A DNA stretch of 64,000 bases from Uloborus diversus (taxonomy: Eukaryota), in the NCBI RefSeq assembly GCF_026930045.1, contig NC_072740.1, positions 29,684,384 to 29,748,383 of the forward strand. Reading direction: 5' to 3'. The notes below the pieces were generated by a model, which searched no databases, had not been told where the DNA came from, and saw only the letters and a list, made by a program, of their open reading frames with translations. Positions within the stretch are counted from its first letter, which is position 1; every line of letters begins with the position of its first letter. Shown in pieces: positions 27,022 through 38,978 of this stretch. The position numbers and the translations under genes are program-made.

Positions 27022-28569
27022 TACGAGGCTTGTCCGTAAAACAAGTTCCACCGGCTGCCGCTAGGATCGTTTCTATGCGCGGCCAGGCAACAGAGGCAGG
27101 TTGTTTGGTTCCCCCACTCCAGGGCTGTCCAACTAAAAAGAGCCCACGGGCCAGAACTCCGGTCACTGATCACCTGGCGGGCCGCAGTTTGAAAAAGTTA
27201 AAACAGTAACCTTTTACTTCTTATACAATAAAAATTAGTAGTTGAATCAATTATTATAAAACAAAAGGATTACAAAACAGTTTCATTATTGCCAGCAGAA
27301 GGTCTATCAATGAACTGTCGGAGAGAGAACTCCTGTGACGATTCTTGTTAAAGTTCATCACCGAAAAAGCACTTTCGCATAAATATGTGCTCCCGAAATC
27401 AACAAAGGTCGTAGAGTCAGTGAGGGGGTAATTTTTTTAACCAATTGCAGGCAGGATTTGCTTATCTGAAATATTTCTCTCTTCCCTCCCTGTCTCCCCC
27501 CACCAAAGCGAGGCAATACTATTTCTAGGAATTCGTTTGAACACCAGCTTGCGGGGTGTGACTGCTTGATATTGACCTGTAGATGTCCTGTACCTTTTTC
27601 TCCCAGTACAATGAAAGGAGTAAAAGAGCGATCAAGAGGAAATTTCGAGAACCCTGGCTTGACCAAGAATGGTAGTCACGGATGCTTCATGATACCATAC
27701 AATGTCGAAATAAGAAATATGCTGAATAAGAAGTTGGCGGGCCGCACAATATGTGTTGGCGGGCCGTCAGTTGGACAGCCCTGCCCCACTCAAATCCCTC
27801 ACCAATCCAGCGTCGCTGCGACGTTTAGTCTTGGCTCAGCAGCCGTTAGCAATGGAGCTTCTTCTTGCGTCTCCCGCCAGCTGCGAGTAGCGGTCTGTTA
27901 TTCGTTTTCTGGCCGCTAAGAAGAAATCGGCGAAGGAAATTCACGAAGAACTTTGTCAAGTGTATGGAGAAGAGTGTATGAGCTCCGGGATGGTGCGCAG
28001 ATGGGTCAGGGGCTTTAAAAATGGCCGAACAGACGTCCACGACGAAGCCCGTGCAGGGCGGCCATCGGTTTCCGACGAAACAATTGCCAAAGTCGGAGCT
28101 GCAATGCTTGAAGATCGACGAATTGCAGTTCGGGAGCTGTGCGAAAAGATTCCGGAGGTCAGCAAAACCACAATTGACAAGATTTTGACTGAACATTTAG
28201 GCACAGCTCTCATCGAAAGATTTGGATGGGAAATGGTGTCTCACCCACCCTACAGTCCAGACTTAGCACCAAGTGACTTCCATCTCTTCCCCGAGTTGAA
28301 GAAAAACCTTGGCGGAACCCAATTCCAGACAGATGAAGAGGTACAAAACGCGGTTGTTCGTTTTCTACACGGACAGACGGCACAGTTCTATGACTCTGGT
28401 TTGAAGAAGTGGGTTCCTCAAATGCAAAAGTGCATAGAACGCAACTGCGATTATGTAGAAAAATAAAAGAAAGACTGAACTTTCCGAAAATGTACTTTTC
28501 TTTGCAATTAAACCAGTTTTTTTTATGTGAAAAAAATTCGTGGAACTTATTTTACGGACACGCCTCGTA
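27022..28569 (+). mobile_element. Internally deleted mariner-family element with about 35-bp TIRs and a TA target-site duplication
   Basis: The 5' TIR 'tacgaggcttgtccgtaaaacaagttccac' (27022) is inverted against the 3' TIR 'gtggaacttattttacggacacgcctcgta' (28540-28569). TA lies at 27020-21 and at 28570-71. Encodes the mariner transposase remnant listed below. Confidence 0.8.
27852..28466 (+). pseudogene. Mariner transposase pseudogene: N-terminal HTH region fused in frame to the C-terminal tail, with the catalytic DDD core deleted
   Basis: The translation 'MELLLASPASCE*RSVIRFLAAKKKSAKEIHEELCQVYGEECMSSGMVRRWVRGFKNGRTDVHDEARAGRPS...TIDKILTEHLG' is a mariner HTH/paired-like N-terminus. It joins directly to 'WEMVSHPPYSPDLAPSDFHLFPELKKNLGG...FYDSGLKKWVPQMQKCIERNCDYVEK', the mariner C-terminus. 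There is an in-frame stop at about 27888, and about 200 aa of catalytic domain are missing. Confidence 0.85.
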
Positions 28570-28699
28570 TATCATAAAAAATAATACCTTAAAAGGATGA
28601 TGAACAAAATTTTGTTGCTTAAGAAACCACAAACACATGTGTGACTTCTTCAGCAAAAACTTTCTTCAAAAATTATTTCTTTTTTATGAAATATATTAA

Positions 28700-28740
28700 C
28701 CGTCACGTGCGGGAGAAAATGACCGTTTTCAATGGAATGG
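28700..28740 (-). repeat. Right arm of the inverted-repeat pair flanking the mariner insertion
   Basis: 'ccgtcacgtgcgggagaaaatgaccgttttcaatggaatgg' is the reverse complement of 26975-27014 with 3 mismatches. Confidence 0.7.
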
Positions 28741-28915
28741 ACATATACATATTTTTTTTTCAATGGTTTAAATAATTATTTCTAAACTAATGAGATGTTT
28801 CCTTTACGTTGGAACCATAGCTTTCAAAATCTGCAGTTTGTTTCGTCATTGCTGTATTAATAGAGCAAAAATATTAGCTTATTCATAAGCAAGTTACCAG
28901 AGGTTGTCTTTGGAT

Positions 28916-28930
28916 GTCCCGCACGTGATG
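28916..28930 (+). repeat. Additional copy of the GTCCCGCACGTGA(C/T)G motif
   Basis: 'gtcccgcacgtgatg' with the same 5' context (t-rich, then GTCCCGC) as at 27000 and 29096. Confidence 0.6.
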
Positions 28931-29095
28931 CATGTAAATATTTTTTTTTTAAATAACAAAATTGTTTAATAAAAATATAATTGTGTCATGAGTATCTTTG
29001 TATCAAATGTAAAGATTAAAAAAATTGCTTACCCCCTGTTTCATTAAAATATTAAGAGATATGACGGAATGTTAATTAAATTTAAGCGTATTTAT

Positions 29096-29111
29096 GTCCC
29101 GCACGTGACGG
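29096..29111 (+). repeat. Additional copy of the GTCCCGCACGTGACGG motif
   Basis: 'gtcccgcacgtgacgg' is identical to the core of the arms at 27000 and 28703 (minus strand). It is followed by 'tttcatggcccaaata', which resembles the outer part 'taaatgggccat' of the left arm. Confidence 0.6.
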
Positions 29112-31539
29112 TTTCATGGCCCAAATAGTCTTCTTGAACTGCTTGTCTGCGAGAAGTTGTCGATCGTCGAGAAAATTACATTTTTCTGCTCATTTTTACA
29201 CAGCACCGAAATGGTTGGAATTTTTGTTCTTTTCATTTTTTTTCAAATCTGAAATGGTATGTTTTTTTTAAAAAAGTTAGTGAAAATAAAAAACTTTAAC
29301 GAGATCTCAGAACTTTCAACTAACTATTCAACATTTACACATCATATTGATTAGCTTCAGCTGCTTTCCTTTAAAACATCTTGATATTTCGTTGAATTTA
29401 TTTCCGTAGCTTGACAAACCTCGGCCTTAAAACTGGAATATTAGTTGCAGTGACAGTCCCTGAAATACTTTTTGTTACTACTTTTTCTTCTACTAGTCGG
29501 AATGCAATCAAATTTGGTACTCAGTCTAATTTTAGCCTTCGTTGTTAATTTACGCATAAAATTAAGGATTTTTAATCAAAAATTCCACCTTTGCTTTCAT
29601 TTTACCACACACAAGGCTCCTCATTCAAATTTTACTTGAAAATTTTAAAAGAATTCCTTAATTCTTATCGATTCACGTTTTTCTTTCTTACGTAGTACGT
29701 ATAATGGCTGAGAAATTTAGAATTTCGTTTTTTCTAGGACTCTACCTACATTCTTTTTTATCAACCCTTTTTGTTTCAAACAGCACTTAAGTAATGAATA
29801 TGTCGTGCTAAAACATTGTACAAAGAACTTCATTTGTAGTTTTTCTAACATGAATCGGGGATGTATTTTTTATCTTAAAAACGAACAGCTCTTTTTATTC
29901 TAATTTGAGTAGACCAAGTCACGAAAGAGACAATTTTTCCCCCTTAACATAGTTCGCGTGCTGCACCAAGAGATAGTAAGATGATCTATTTCTGCTTTTT
30001 TTCGAAATTAGTATGTTATATATGCTACTGAAAAACCATTGAGGCTTCCATCAAGATTGAAAACTTGGTAATAAAGAAAATGAAACAATTCTCGCGTAAG
30101 ACATTATATTATCTTCATGTTTCAAAGCTTTCAAAATAAGTAATACATTGCATTTCATTTTCTTAAAAGGGACAAAGACTGTTATTTACTTCCTTTTAGA
30201 TATTTTGAAAGTAATGAAATACGTGAATGTAGCAGGTGAAGTTAATGCTACCGTTTAAAGAACAGAAAAATAATTCATTTTTTTTCACATGGGTTTATTA
30301 CGAACATGATTATTGAAAAACAATTTGCATGGAATACAATGTACATAATGTACAAAACGTTTAATAGATAAGTTTTATTTTCCCAATTAGGGTTGAAAGC
30401 GTTAAAATGACGCTGCATTCTCAGATGATTGTTCAGTTATTCGTTTATTGAACCCATAATTTTTCATTTTTGAGCAGTATTACTTGCTTTTAACTATGCT
30501 TATCATTATAAAGTAATTTTAAACCTTAGTCATGTTTGTTTTTTAGTATCTTGCATGCAAATCAACTTTTATTTATGATATACAACTTGATAATGGATGG
30601 ACACACGTTTTTTTACAGTATTTGAAAGCATAAAAACATCATCACAAGTATTAAGTTAGGATTAAAAATTATCTTAAATCCTAGTCATGAAAACTGAAAA
30701 TTGTATTACATAATATACATAAAGATAAATTAAATTATTACGTACAGATAGACGTTGTTTTGCTGATGAAATTTGAAACCACACTGCAAAAAATAATTGT
30801 TGTTTTTACAGTAATATACTACTTTTTCCTACAGTTTAATACTGCTCAGCTAAATAACAGAGAAAAACTGTAAAAATATTTTAGATTGCGCAAAACGATG
30901 CGCAAAAGGTGTTTCTTTCATACGGGAACAGAAACTAATGAATTCAAGATATTGGCAGCCATGTTTTTTGATGATTCGGGTGTGCTGAGGCAGGACTGCT
31001 GAGACTGTAATCCATGTTAAAGGTAAGTGCTGGTTATATTATATTCATTCCCTTTTCCTCAAAATATAGTTTTCTTTATCATCGAGAATGTATGTAAAAT
31101 AACAGTTTATTTTGAAATCGCAATTCGTATCCTAATATTCGTTGATGCTGACTTTGCAATTTCTTATAGTTGCTAAGTTGTAGCGATTGCTTTCTAGCAA
31201 AAATCCGAGTAGTTGTTGTGATTCTGAATATTTTATTGCATGTGTGATAGTTTTTAAACATTTTCTGAAACTCAAATTTTATTTAAAAATAAATCAATTC
31301 CTTTCTTGATCGTATTTAAAGTTATTAGAACATTAAACTTTGTGTACGATTATATTTTGTGTTATATACTATGTCAGTACTTAAAATTTAAATTTTTATC
31401 TTCTCTAGTGAATTTTTAACATATCGCGATTGACTTCTTTCTTCTGTTTTTTTTTTCTTTCTTATGTTCAGTTTTAAATTCTTTAACATTTTGCATTTAA
31501 CCATTTTATTGAAAAACTTTACGTTATAGCATCAGTAGC

Positions 31540-31800
31540 TTTTATACATAATTCGATGAATAAAATGAAAATAAATAAAATAACAACGTGACAGAGAGAC
31601 ATGCAAACAGTATACAATTTACTGATATTTTCTGTTGAAGAATTTGACACTGTGGAAATACAATACTCTGATGTCTGAACGACTCAAAATTCTCTGAAAT
31701 CTGGAGCCAGCTTTCATACTTAACGGTCGAAAGTAAAATAATAATAATTGAAAAAATCATCAATAAAGAACTCAAAAAAAAAAAAAAAAAAAAAAAAAAC
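31540..31800 (+). repeat. Probable retroposed 3' end: AATAAA signal followed by an A26 tail
   Basis: '...tcatcaataaagaactc(A)26': a canonical polyadenylation hexamer lies 7 nt before a 26-nt poly-A run (31775-31800). The 5' boundary is undefined. Confidence 0.4.
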
Positions 31801-32699
31801 TCAAAAAATAAGCATCTTAAAAAACAAACACGAAACCCTTGTGTTTTAAAAGTTTTATATTTGCGTCAGCAGGAAATTAAAGTTTTACTTCAGGAAAATT
31901 GCACTAGTACCATTGAAACTTGGGAACGTAAAAATAATTTTAGAAACTATATTCAAAGGCACTCGATTGGAGGTCACGGGAAGTCTCTATGACCTCCCCA
32001 AAAATGCCATACTGGGAAAATTTTGTCTGGCTATTCGGCAAATTTGGGGACATACTTGTAATGTTGCAATTTTTAAATTCTCGAATGTGCAAATTTCATT
32101 AGATATTGTACTTAATTGTGCGTACTTAATGTGTGCATTTACCAGTATTTTATCAATCGGCAAATATTTAAGTTCCATTTGGCAAATTGAGATTATACGC
32201 CTTCCCAACACATTTAAGTTCAGGCCGTGCCTGGCTATATTTTAAAATTTTCGGCTTTTCATTTCTGATCTGGCAGTGTTTCGTTCTCGTCAAAATTACA
32301 GCTTTTAAATTTAAAGTAGAATATTTACATTATTATGCATTGTTTGTCATATTTTATTCGCTTTGAAGGACATGCTCATTTAGAAAAGTAGATGCTCGAG
32401 AACTACAGTAGAATTTGAAACTCTTATAACCTTGAAACTCATCAGTTTCCTTACATTTTAACTTTTAGAACACTTTGAGTCTTAAATTTTGGCATCAACA
32501 TGTTCAGGATTAAGACAAAAAGTATATTATAAATAATGAAAAGTGTGATTCTGTACTTCACTGTCTTTCACTGCTTATCAAAAGTAAAAATATGTCAGAT
32601 TGTTATCCGTGTAAAATGAAAAAATCGGAGAATTTCGTTTAAACCTGTAACGGAGATTCAAGCCAACACCCGGTAAGATCTTTTGCATTTGAATACGAT

Positions 32700-34545
32700 G
32701 GGCTCCTTAGCAGTTGAGTTCTTTAAAGTGAGGGGGGGGGGGGCGATTATTTTCACAATAAAGGACGATTTTTCAAGAAACTCTCCAGTTTATTTCTTTA
32801 AGAAGAAAAGGGAGGTTTAAGAACGTTTTGTCAGGTTTCAAAAGATAAGAGAGATTTGTGGCAAAGCTCCGATAACGGAAAGGAATTTCTGAACTCCCGG
32901 TTTGAAATTTACCTTAGCGACCAAAGCATAAGAATCGAAAAAACCAACAAATCCTCTAATTAACAAAGTAGCGTCATAGAACACTATAAGTCAACATTAA
33001 TTGAGAGCGGCTTTAAAAGGAAAAACCAAACCCTTTTTTGAGCTTTTTGGGGGAAGAAAGTCATCTATTAAACAAAACCTATTTTGAGCTATTTGGGGTA
33101 AGAAAGCCATCTATTAAACACTTCCGGGGGTTTTTTTTGGATGCATTTCGTATATTGGACTTCCAAAACAGAAAATAAACAAATTGGATATGAGAACTCA
33201 ACAAGGAGTCATGGTAAGATATGCGTTTCATACGAAAGGTTACAGAATTTGGGATCTCAAAAATCGCGAAGTGACAGAAACGCTGAATGTTAAATTCGAT
33301 GAAAATAAATTCTGGACGAAACCCCCCCCCCCCCAGGAACGAGAAACAGAGGGACACAGTTTTATTTCACTACTGAGTAAATCTGAAGTAGAAGAAGAAT
33401 ATCCTGAAAATTATAAAATAGCATGTTGAGAATTAAATGGGTTAAAGCAAGTCAAACGCAAAATAAAGAATACAGGGATAAGTATTATTCTATTGACACG
33501 ATGGTTCTAAAGTCCGAATCGTGAAGCCGAGGTTTATTGTTCTGAAAATAACATTGAATATGACACAAAATATTTTAATTTCACCTTGTGATGATAATTC
33601 AAGAAAAGTATAGGATTTTTATGAAGATAGGGGGGATAATTCAAGTATGCTAGAAGCTAACATTTCCGAGATTTAAAATTGGCAAAACGGAATGGCTCAA
33701 GAAATTCAGGTGATATGAGAAAGAAACGTTTACGTATTGGTTCCACTGAATGAAAGTTTTAGAAAGAAAAAAGGGTACAGATGTTTTTTTTTTAATTTAA
33801 AAACAAATGAGCAGAATGAAATAATGCGCTTCAAGACCAGACTGGTAATTTGAAATACCCACCAGGTGGGGGGGGGGGTACTTTTCGAAAGTGTTCTCTC
33901 CAGTAATTTCCTTTCCTTTGATTAAGGCTTTCTTTTCAGTTTTTGTGTATAAGCTACATTGAGTCCATTTCCATGTAGATGTTTGCAATGAGTATCTAAA
34001 TGCGGATGTAAAAGAGGAGATTTGTGAAACAACCTGAAAGGTTTGTCCGTCCCTGAAATCTAAATTTTGTCTGTAAATTGAATAAATCATTGTCATTCTG
34101 ATACAGATTACGCCTCGAATCACGACGACCGGATTTCAATGGGGGGGGGGGGGCTTGTAGTGTTTTTGGATAGGGTACGAATAATATGGTGGTACATTCA
34201 AACAAAAATGCGTACAACTGTCAACGATGGAAGCGGAGTATATTTCAATTAGTGAATAATCTAAGGATGTGAGTTAAAGGAATTTTAAATCAATTGGCTA
34301 CGAAAAGAGTTCAGAATTTTAGATTGTCACAGTACAGAGTACTATTAATCAATCTAGTTGCAATCGATTTTTCTAGTTCTGCAATAGAAAATTGCAGAAC
34401 TAAGCAGATTGATGTGGGGTACTATTTCCTAAGGATTTTGATTGATAAAAATGAATTTGGAATACAATTTGATGAAACTAAAAATAATGTAGCTGATTGT
34501 TTTACAAAACCTTTCTCTAGGGAAAATTTACATAAAGCTTGAATT
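32700..34545 (+). mobile_element. Degraded, internally deleted Ty1/copia-type LTR-retrotransposon pol fragment
   Basis: Integrase-core-like 'KPTNPLINKVAS*NTI' resembles TPQQNGVAERKNRTI. 'KGYRIWDLKNREVTETLNVKFDE' at 33230-33300 is the copia integrase C-terminal motif. 'EEICETT*KVCP' at 34014-34049 resembles the RT motif EEIYMKQPEGF, and 'STMEAEYISISE' at about 34218-34253 is the RNase H motif. The pol C-terminus 'KQIDVGYYFLRILIDKNEFGIQFDETKNNVADCFTKPFSRENLHKA' lies at 34400-34542. The remnant is interrupted by G/C homopolymers at 32742, 33322, 33868 and 34141 and by frameshifts. No LTRs identified. Confidence 0.7.
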
Positions 34546-37500
34546 GCAATGACATATTTTTCTAGGCTTTTTTTTTTCTTTTTTTGAAATGTTTCAATTA
34601 TTCCATTATGTTTAAGTTATAATTTGTGCACACAAACGGATGGCCTGTAATATATTTCTATTTTTTTTCTTCATGTCTTAAAGTATTTCATTCCAGCCGC
34701 CTGAATTTCCTTCATCTAAATTTATTCACTAATGCAATATTATTTCTATGAGTTTAGTGGTATGCAAATGTAAAGAACTACGTAACTTGTGACCAGAATT
34801 GAATGGGTGGTCTCATTTTATCAAGATGGCAATTCGTGGTTGTGTTCCGCTTGGAATTTCAAAGAAGCCTCTAGTCTGAACGATGTTGCGATGATTCACT
34901 TAGTGACATGAATGCCGGTAATGGAAGTTTATAAGTACCTTTTTCATTTATATTTTTATGTTTCAGGATGTAATTTGTAATCACAAATGCTTTTGAGCTT
35001 TAGAGCGTTCTTAGCCACTAAAGCCTATCCTACGGTCTGTGTGCCATATTGGGCCCCTGAAGCTGATTTTTGTGTGCCCGTTGTCAGGTTTTATGTTACA
35101 ATCAAGAACTATGTATTGGAACAAGATAAACTAAATTTTGTTTTGATTTAAATGTGATGGATCATACAATTCATTTACGTCTGGGTTTTTTAAACTTGTA
35201 ATTCAATATTGGTTTTTATGGGTAGTTGAATAATATCTTTTCAAGAATCACCGGAATATAGAAATTTCTGTTAGTGCTAAATTGAATGTAATTTATTTCA
35301 TTATTTATTTATTTTTTTATTTTTATTTTCCAGTAAATTTTGGAGCACTGATTCTTTGTTTTTACATGTTAGTAAAATTGAAGGAACCAAATCAGAATGT
35401 TAAGTACTTTATTATTTATTGTACGTATGTTTGTAAAAATTTAAAGAAACAAAACTTAAGTCAACTTTATAATGAGAGCAACAATAAAGATTAGAGTTTA
35501 AAGTACGATGTATTACAGCATATGAAACTTTCTTCGTATATTCAGACTTGTGACACTTATCAAACAAAATTATAGATTATTTTTATTGTAATGTAAATAA
35601 AAAGCAGTTATTTTGCAAATGTGAGCATATTTAAATTTACAGTTAAAAGAGGTGGCAAGCATTTCCAAGGGTTTCTTCCTTCTGGCAAGCATTTCCAAGA
35701 AGGGTAGCATTGTTTACAACAAGGACGGCGGGCCAAATGTGGACTTGCAATTTCTTAATGATTAGAACTGGCAGTATCAGATTTAATCTATTTCTTGACA
35801 TGTTTGTCGATTTATTCTTTTGTTAAAAACTTTCAACTTTTCTGATCGATTTTCACTTTTTACTGAATTGACTTTAACTAAGTCATCTTGATTTGGGAAT
35901 ATAGAATTGTTTCTTCCGAGTTTCAGGTAAATTCTGAAAAACTTAAAGATAAATTGTCTAAATCATATCAAAAGAAGTAGCACTTAAAAAAAAAGCCGCT
36001 GGCGGATTAAATGGGGATATCGATAGCTGTTCAAAACGGGGGGGGGGGGGGTTCCACATTTTAAAAGACATAAAATATAAATGAAACATCTTAAATTATG
36101 CTTAAATATTAAGACAGATATAAAATAGAATGCTCTTACGGTATTATTTTATTTCAACTCAAATAATTTTTTTATGCAGTTCCTTAGTACTTAGAAAAAA
36201 AGCTCCAAAAAATTAAATTTAAACAATATAATAACACAATTGTGGAATAAAATATATGAAAAAAAAATATTTTAAAAATTACAAGTAAAATATTTCATAT
36301 TAAGTACAGAAATCTAAATTATTTTACATCACACATTGTTTCATATTCAGATTTCTAAAAATGGGCAGCTGTCGAAGAAAAAGAATATGAAGCTGGTATC
36401 AGTTGAACATAGCTCGAGCTGTTAACAAGTGTTGGAATGGAATTTTAATTAAAGAAAAAGAAAGAAAAAACATCTACGGTTTTCAGTGCCACTATAGCAA
36501 CTCGGGGAGGGGGGGGGGGGCTAAAAGAGGCTACATGCAGTATTCATTATTTTGAATGAATACCTCAATATTTCCCAATTGGTTGTCCTAAACGTCGACC
36601 TTGCTCCATTTTCTAAAAAAATAATTCTCTACCGCATCCTAATTATTGCTTTGAAGTAAACATATTGCAATCCAATAATCTGGAGCCTATTATAAGAAGA
36701 AACTAGTTTTAAGTTTTATTATCCTTAAGATATATATTCTCCCAATCACCGATCACTTCAGTTATCCGATTGAAAAAAATAAATATTACTCTTAATCAAC
36801 GGTCTCCTATGTATTACAAAATCCTTCAAAACTACCGAAAGTTAGAAGGATTTTTTTGAATTGTATTTCAGAAACCAGTATAAATGCATTTCCTGACATG
36901 GAAGATAAAATGTAAGATTATGTTCTTTCTTTCTTCTTTTTTGAGTTCTTATGTAAAGTATTCAGATTAGGTCTGTTTTAATTAGACACTAATAAACCAC
37001 CGTTTCAATTGCGTAGTTTCCAAATTGCTGCACAGCAGTTTTTTTTTTCTCCTTAAAACAACGTATTTAGCGCTTAACTGGTTCCTGAAATAAACGATTC
37101 AATTACAATTTAGGTATATGTTAAGCGGTTTCAAAATAAAAGCAACTCCCAAGGCAATCTTAATTTCAGATCATTCAGAGTCATAATTTTAATCATTTTA
37201 GGGCGTATTTTTATACCTACGTAATTTGATTTTTCCATGAATGTTTTTTGGTGTCCACAAGTTTTATGAGATTCTAACAATTTTTATTTTGACAGATGCT
37301 TTCATGATATAAGGCCTAATGATGGCACCCAAGTTGACAAAGATGTCACAAAGAAGAATCAAGTTTGTAATGTAAAAACATTGGCCTTGAAAAAATTAGC
37401 ATTCGGTTTTAAATGAATTTCTGCAATTTCACTGTAAAAACTACTAATCGATATTTATAGGTGATGTATACGAAATAAAATAATTTGGCAATTTTTAATG

Positions 37501-38718
37501 CTGTGAATGTTTCATTTTTTCTCATGAAAACAGTATAACATAATATAAAGTTATGTAATTTTTGGAGTAGTAAAACCAATTTTTAACTTTAATACTAGTA
37601 CTCATAAACCTGCAGATTTTATTATACCGAGTGAAAAATTGTTTCCGTTTAGTAGCTCTGAAATTTTAAACCGTCACATATTTATAGTTTTTATCTATGT
37701 AAATTTTAAAAGGTTAATAGGATAAAGTATTATCTAATCTATAATAATCAGTTTAGAATAAAAACCATTCTGTGCAGTCTAAATGCTGTATACTGCACAT
37801 ATGGTGTGAAATAAAATTAGTTTGTTACTAGTATTTTTCAAATAAAGTAGGTCCAAATGCAACGTATAACATTAAAAAAAGAAGAAAACCATGAAAATAT
37901 TCTGTTTTACCATAAAAGAAAAATAAATGCATATAATTGCATGCATCAAGTTAAAATAAACTTAAAGGTTTAATGGATTGCATATTGAAAAACATTTCTC
38001 ACGTTATGCTGCACATTTTAGCATTACAATAATGCTGGAAGTGAAAAAAGTACTTTTAGTGAAGATACGATGTAGTATTTTCAGTTATATATAAAAAAAC
38101 CTTTCTCATTTTTACTACCTCCATGGATCAAAAAGTTTTGTATTATGAAAAAGCTATAACTGTTCTTAAAATAAAGCTTCAGACCATATTTTGCAATTTC
38201 CTTCAATTTGTAAATTTTTAAGTCTGCAATAGAGCTAAAAGTTTTTTGTAGAAATGAAAATGCACCACTTTTTCTTCTTTAACATGTGTTTATAAAATAT
38301 TGAGATGGGGCATTGATTTATTTTGTCTACAACGAAATTAATATCAATAAAACATATATTTAGCAGCAGTTAACTATTTTTATGTAAAAGTGTTTTATAT
38401 TTCTTTATTTGTCGCTTTTCATAGCCTAAAACATTTTTGTTGTTGAAAAACTTAAGAAAAGGAACAGATTTCGTATGTAGGCTGATTTATACAACGTACA
38501 TACTGACTCAATTGCTTTACTTTTCGATATTGTTCTTCAGCTGTAAAAGCAGTGATTTCAGCTATGAAAAGAAACGATAGGGTGAAAAAACCCTTTTGCA
38601 TAAAAATTGATGACTTCATTTTATGGTTTACTGCTGTTAATTTTACTGTACAAATCATTTATAAAACCGTGTACTACTGCTGCTTTTATGGCACAATTCA
38701 GTTGATTCCGCAGCATAA

Positions 38719-38978
38719 TACTGCTAACTTTACAGTTTGATACTGTAAGTTTTACAGGGCAGTTTTATTAAAAAGCAGTATATTACTGCTAATTTTACAG
38801 TTTGATACTGTAAGTTTTACAGGGCAGTTCTATTAAAAAGCAGTATATTACTGCTAATTTTACAGTTTATCACTGTAAATTTCACAGTAAAAGTCTGTTA
38901 TAAAACAGTATATTACTGCAAATTTTACAGTTTAGAATTGTAATTTTTGCAGTTTTTCTTTGGAATGCGAGCTGCCAG
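38719..38978. repeat. Minisatellite: four tandem copies of a 65-bp unit
   Basis: Unit 'tactgctaattttacagtttgatactgtaagttttacagggcagttctattaaaaagcagtatat' starts at 38719, 38784, 38849 and 38914, with increasing divergence. It contains the internal palindromic core 'tactgtaa/ttacagta'. Confidence 0.9.

Noticed and set aside
30940-31030. 'ATGTTTTTTGATGATTCGGGTGTGCTGAGGCAGGACTGCTGAGACTGTAATCCATGTTAAAG|GTAAGTG', a perfect donor consensus that could end a 5' exon.
   Set aside because: The upstream ORF terminates after 14 codons, and there is no supporting coding signal.
31913-32245. A 110-aa ORF with an internal repeat ('GKFCLAIRQIWGHTCNV' / 'GKYLSSIWQIEIIRLPNT').
   Set aside because: The repeat reflects a degenerate DNA-level direct repeat ('cggcaaatttgg...' / 'cggcaaatatttaagttccatttggcaaattgag'). 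It has no similarity to known proteins and an overlapping antisense ORF, so it is probably non-coding.
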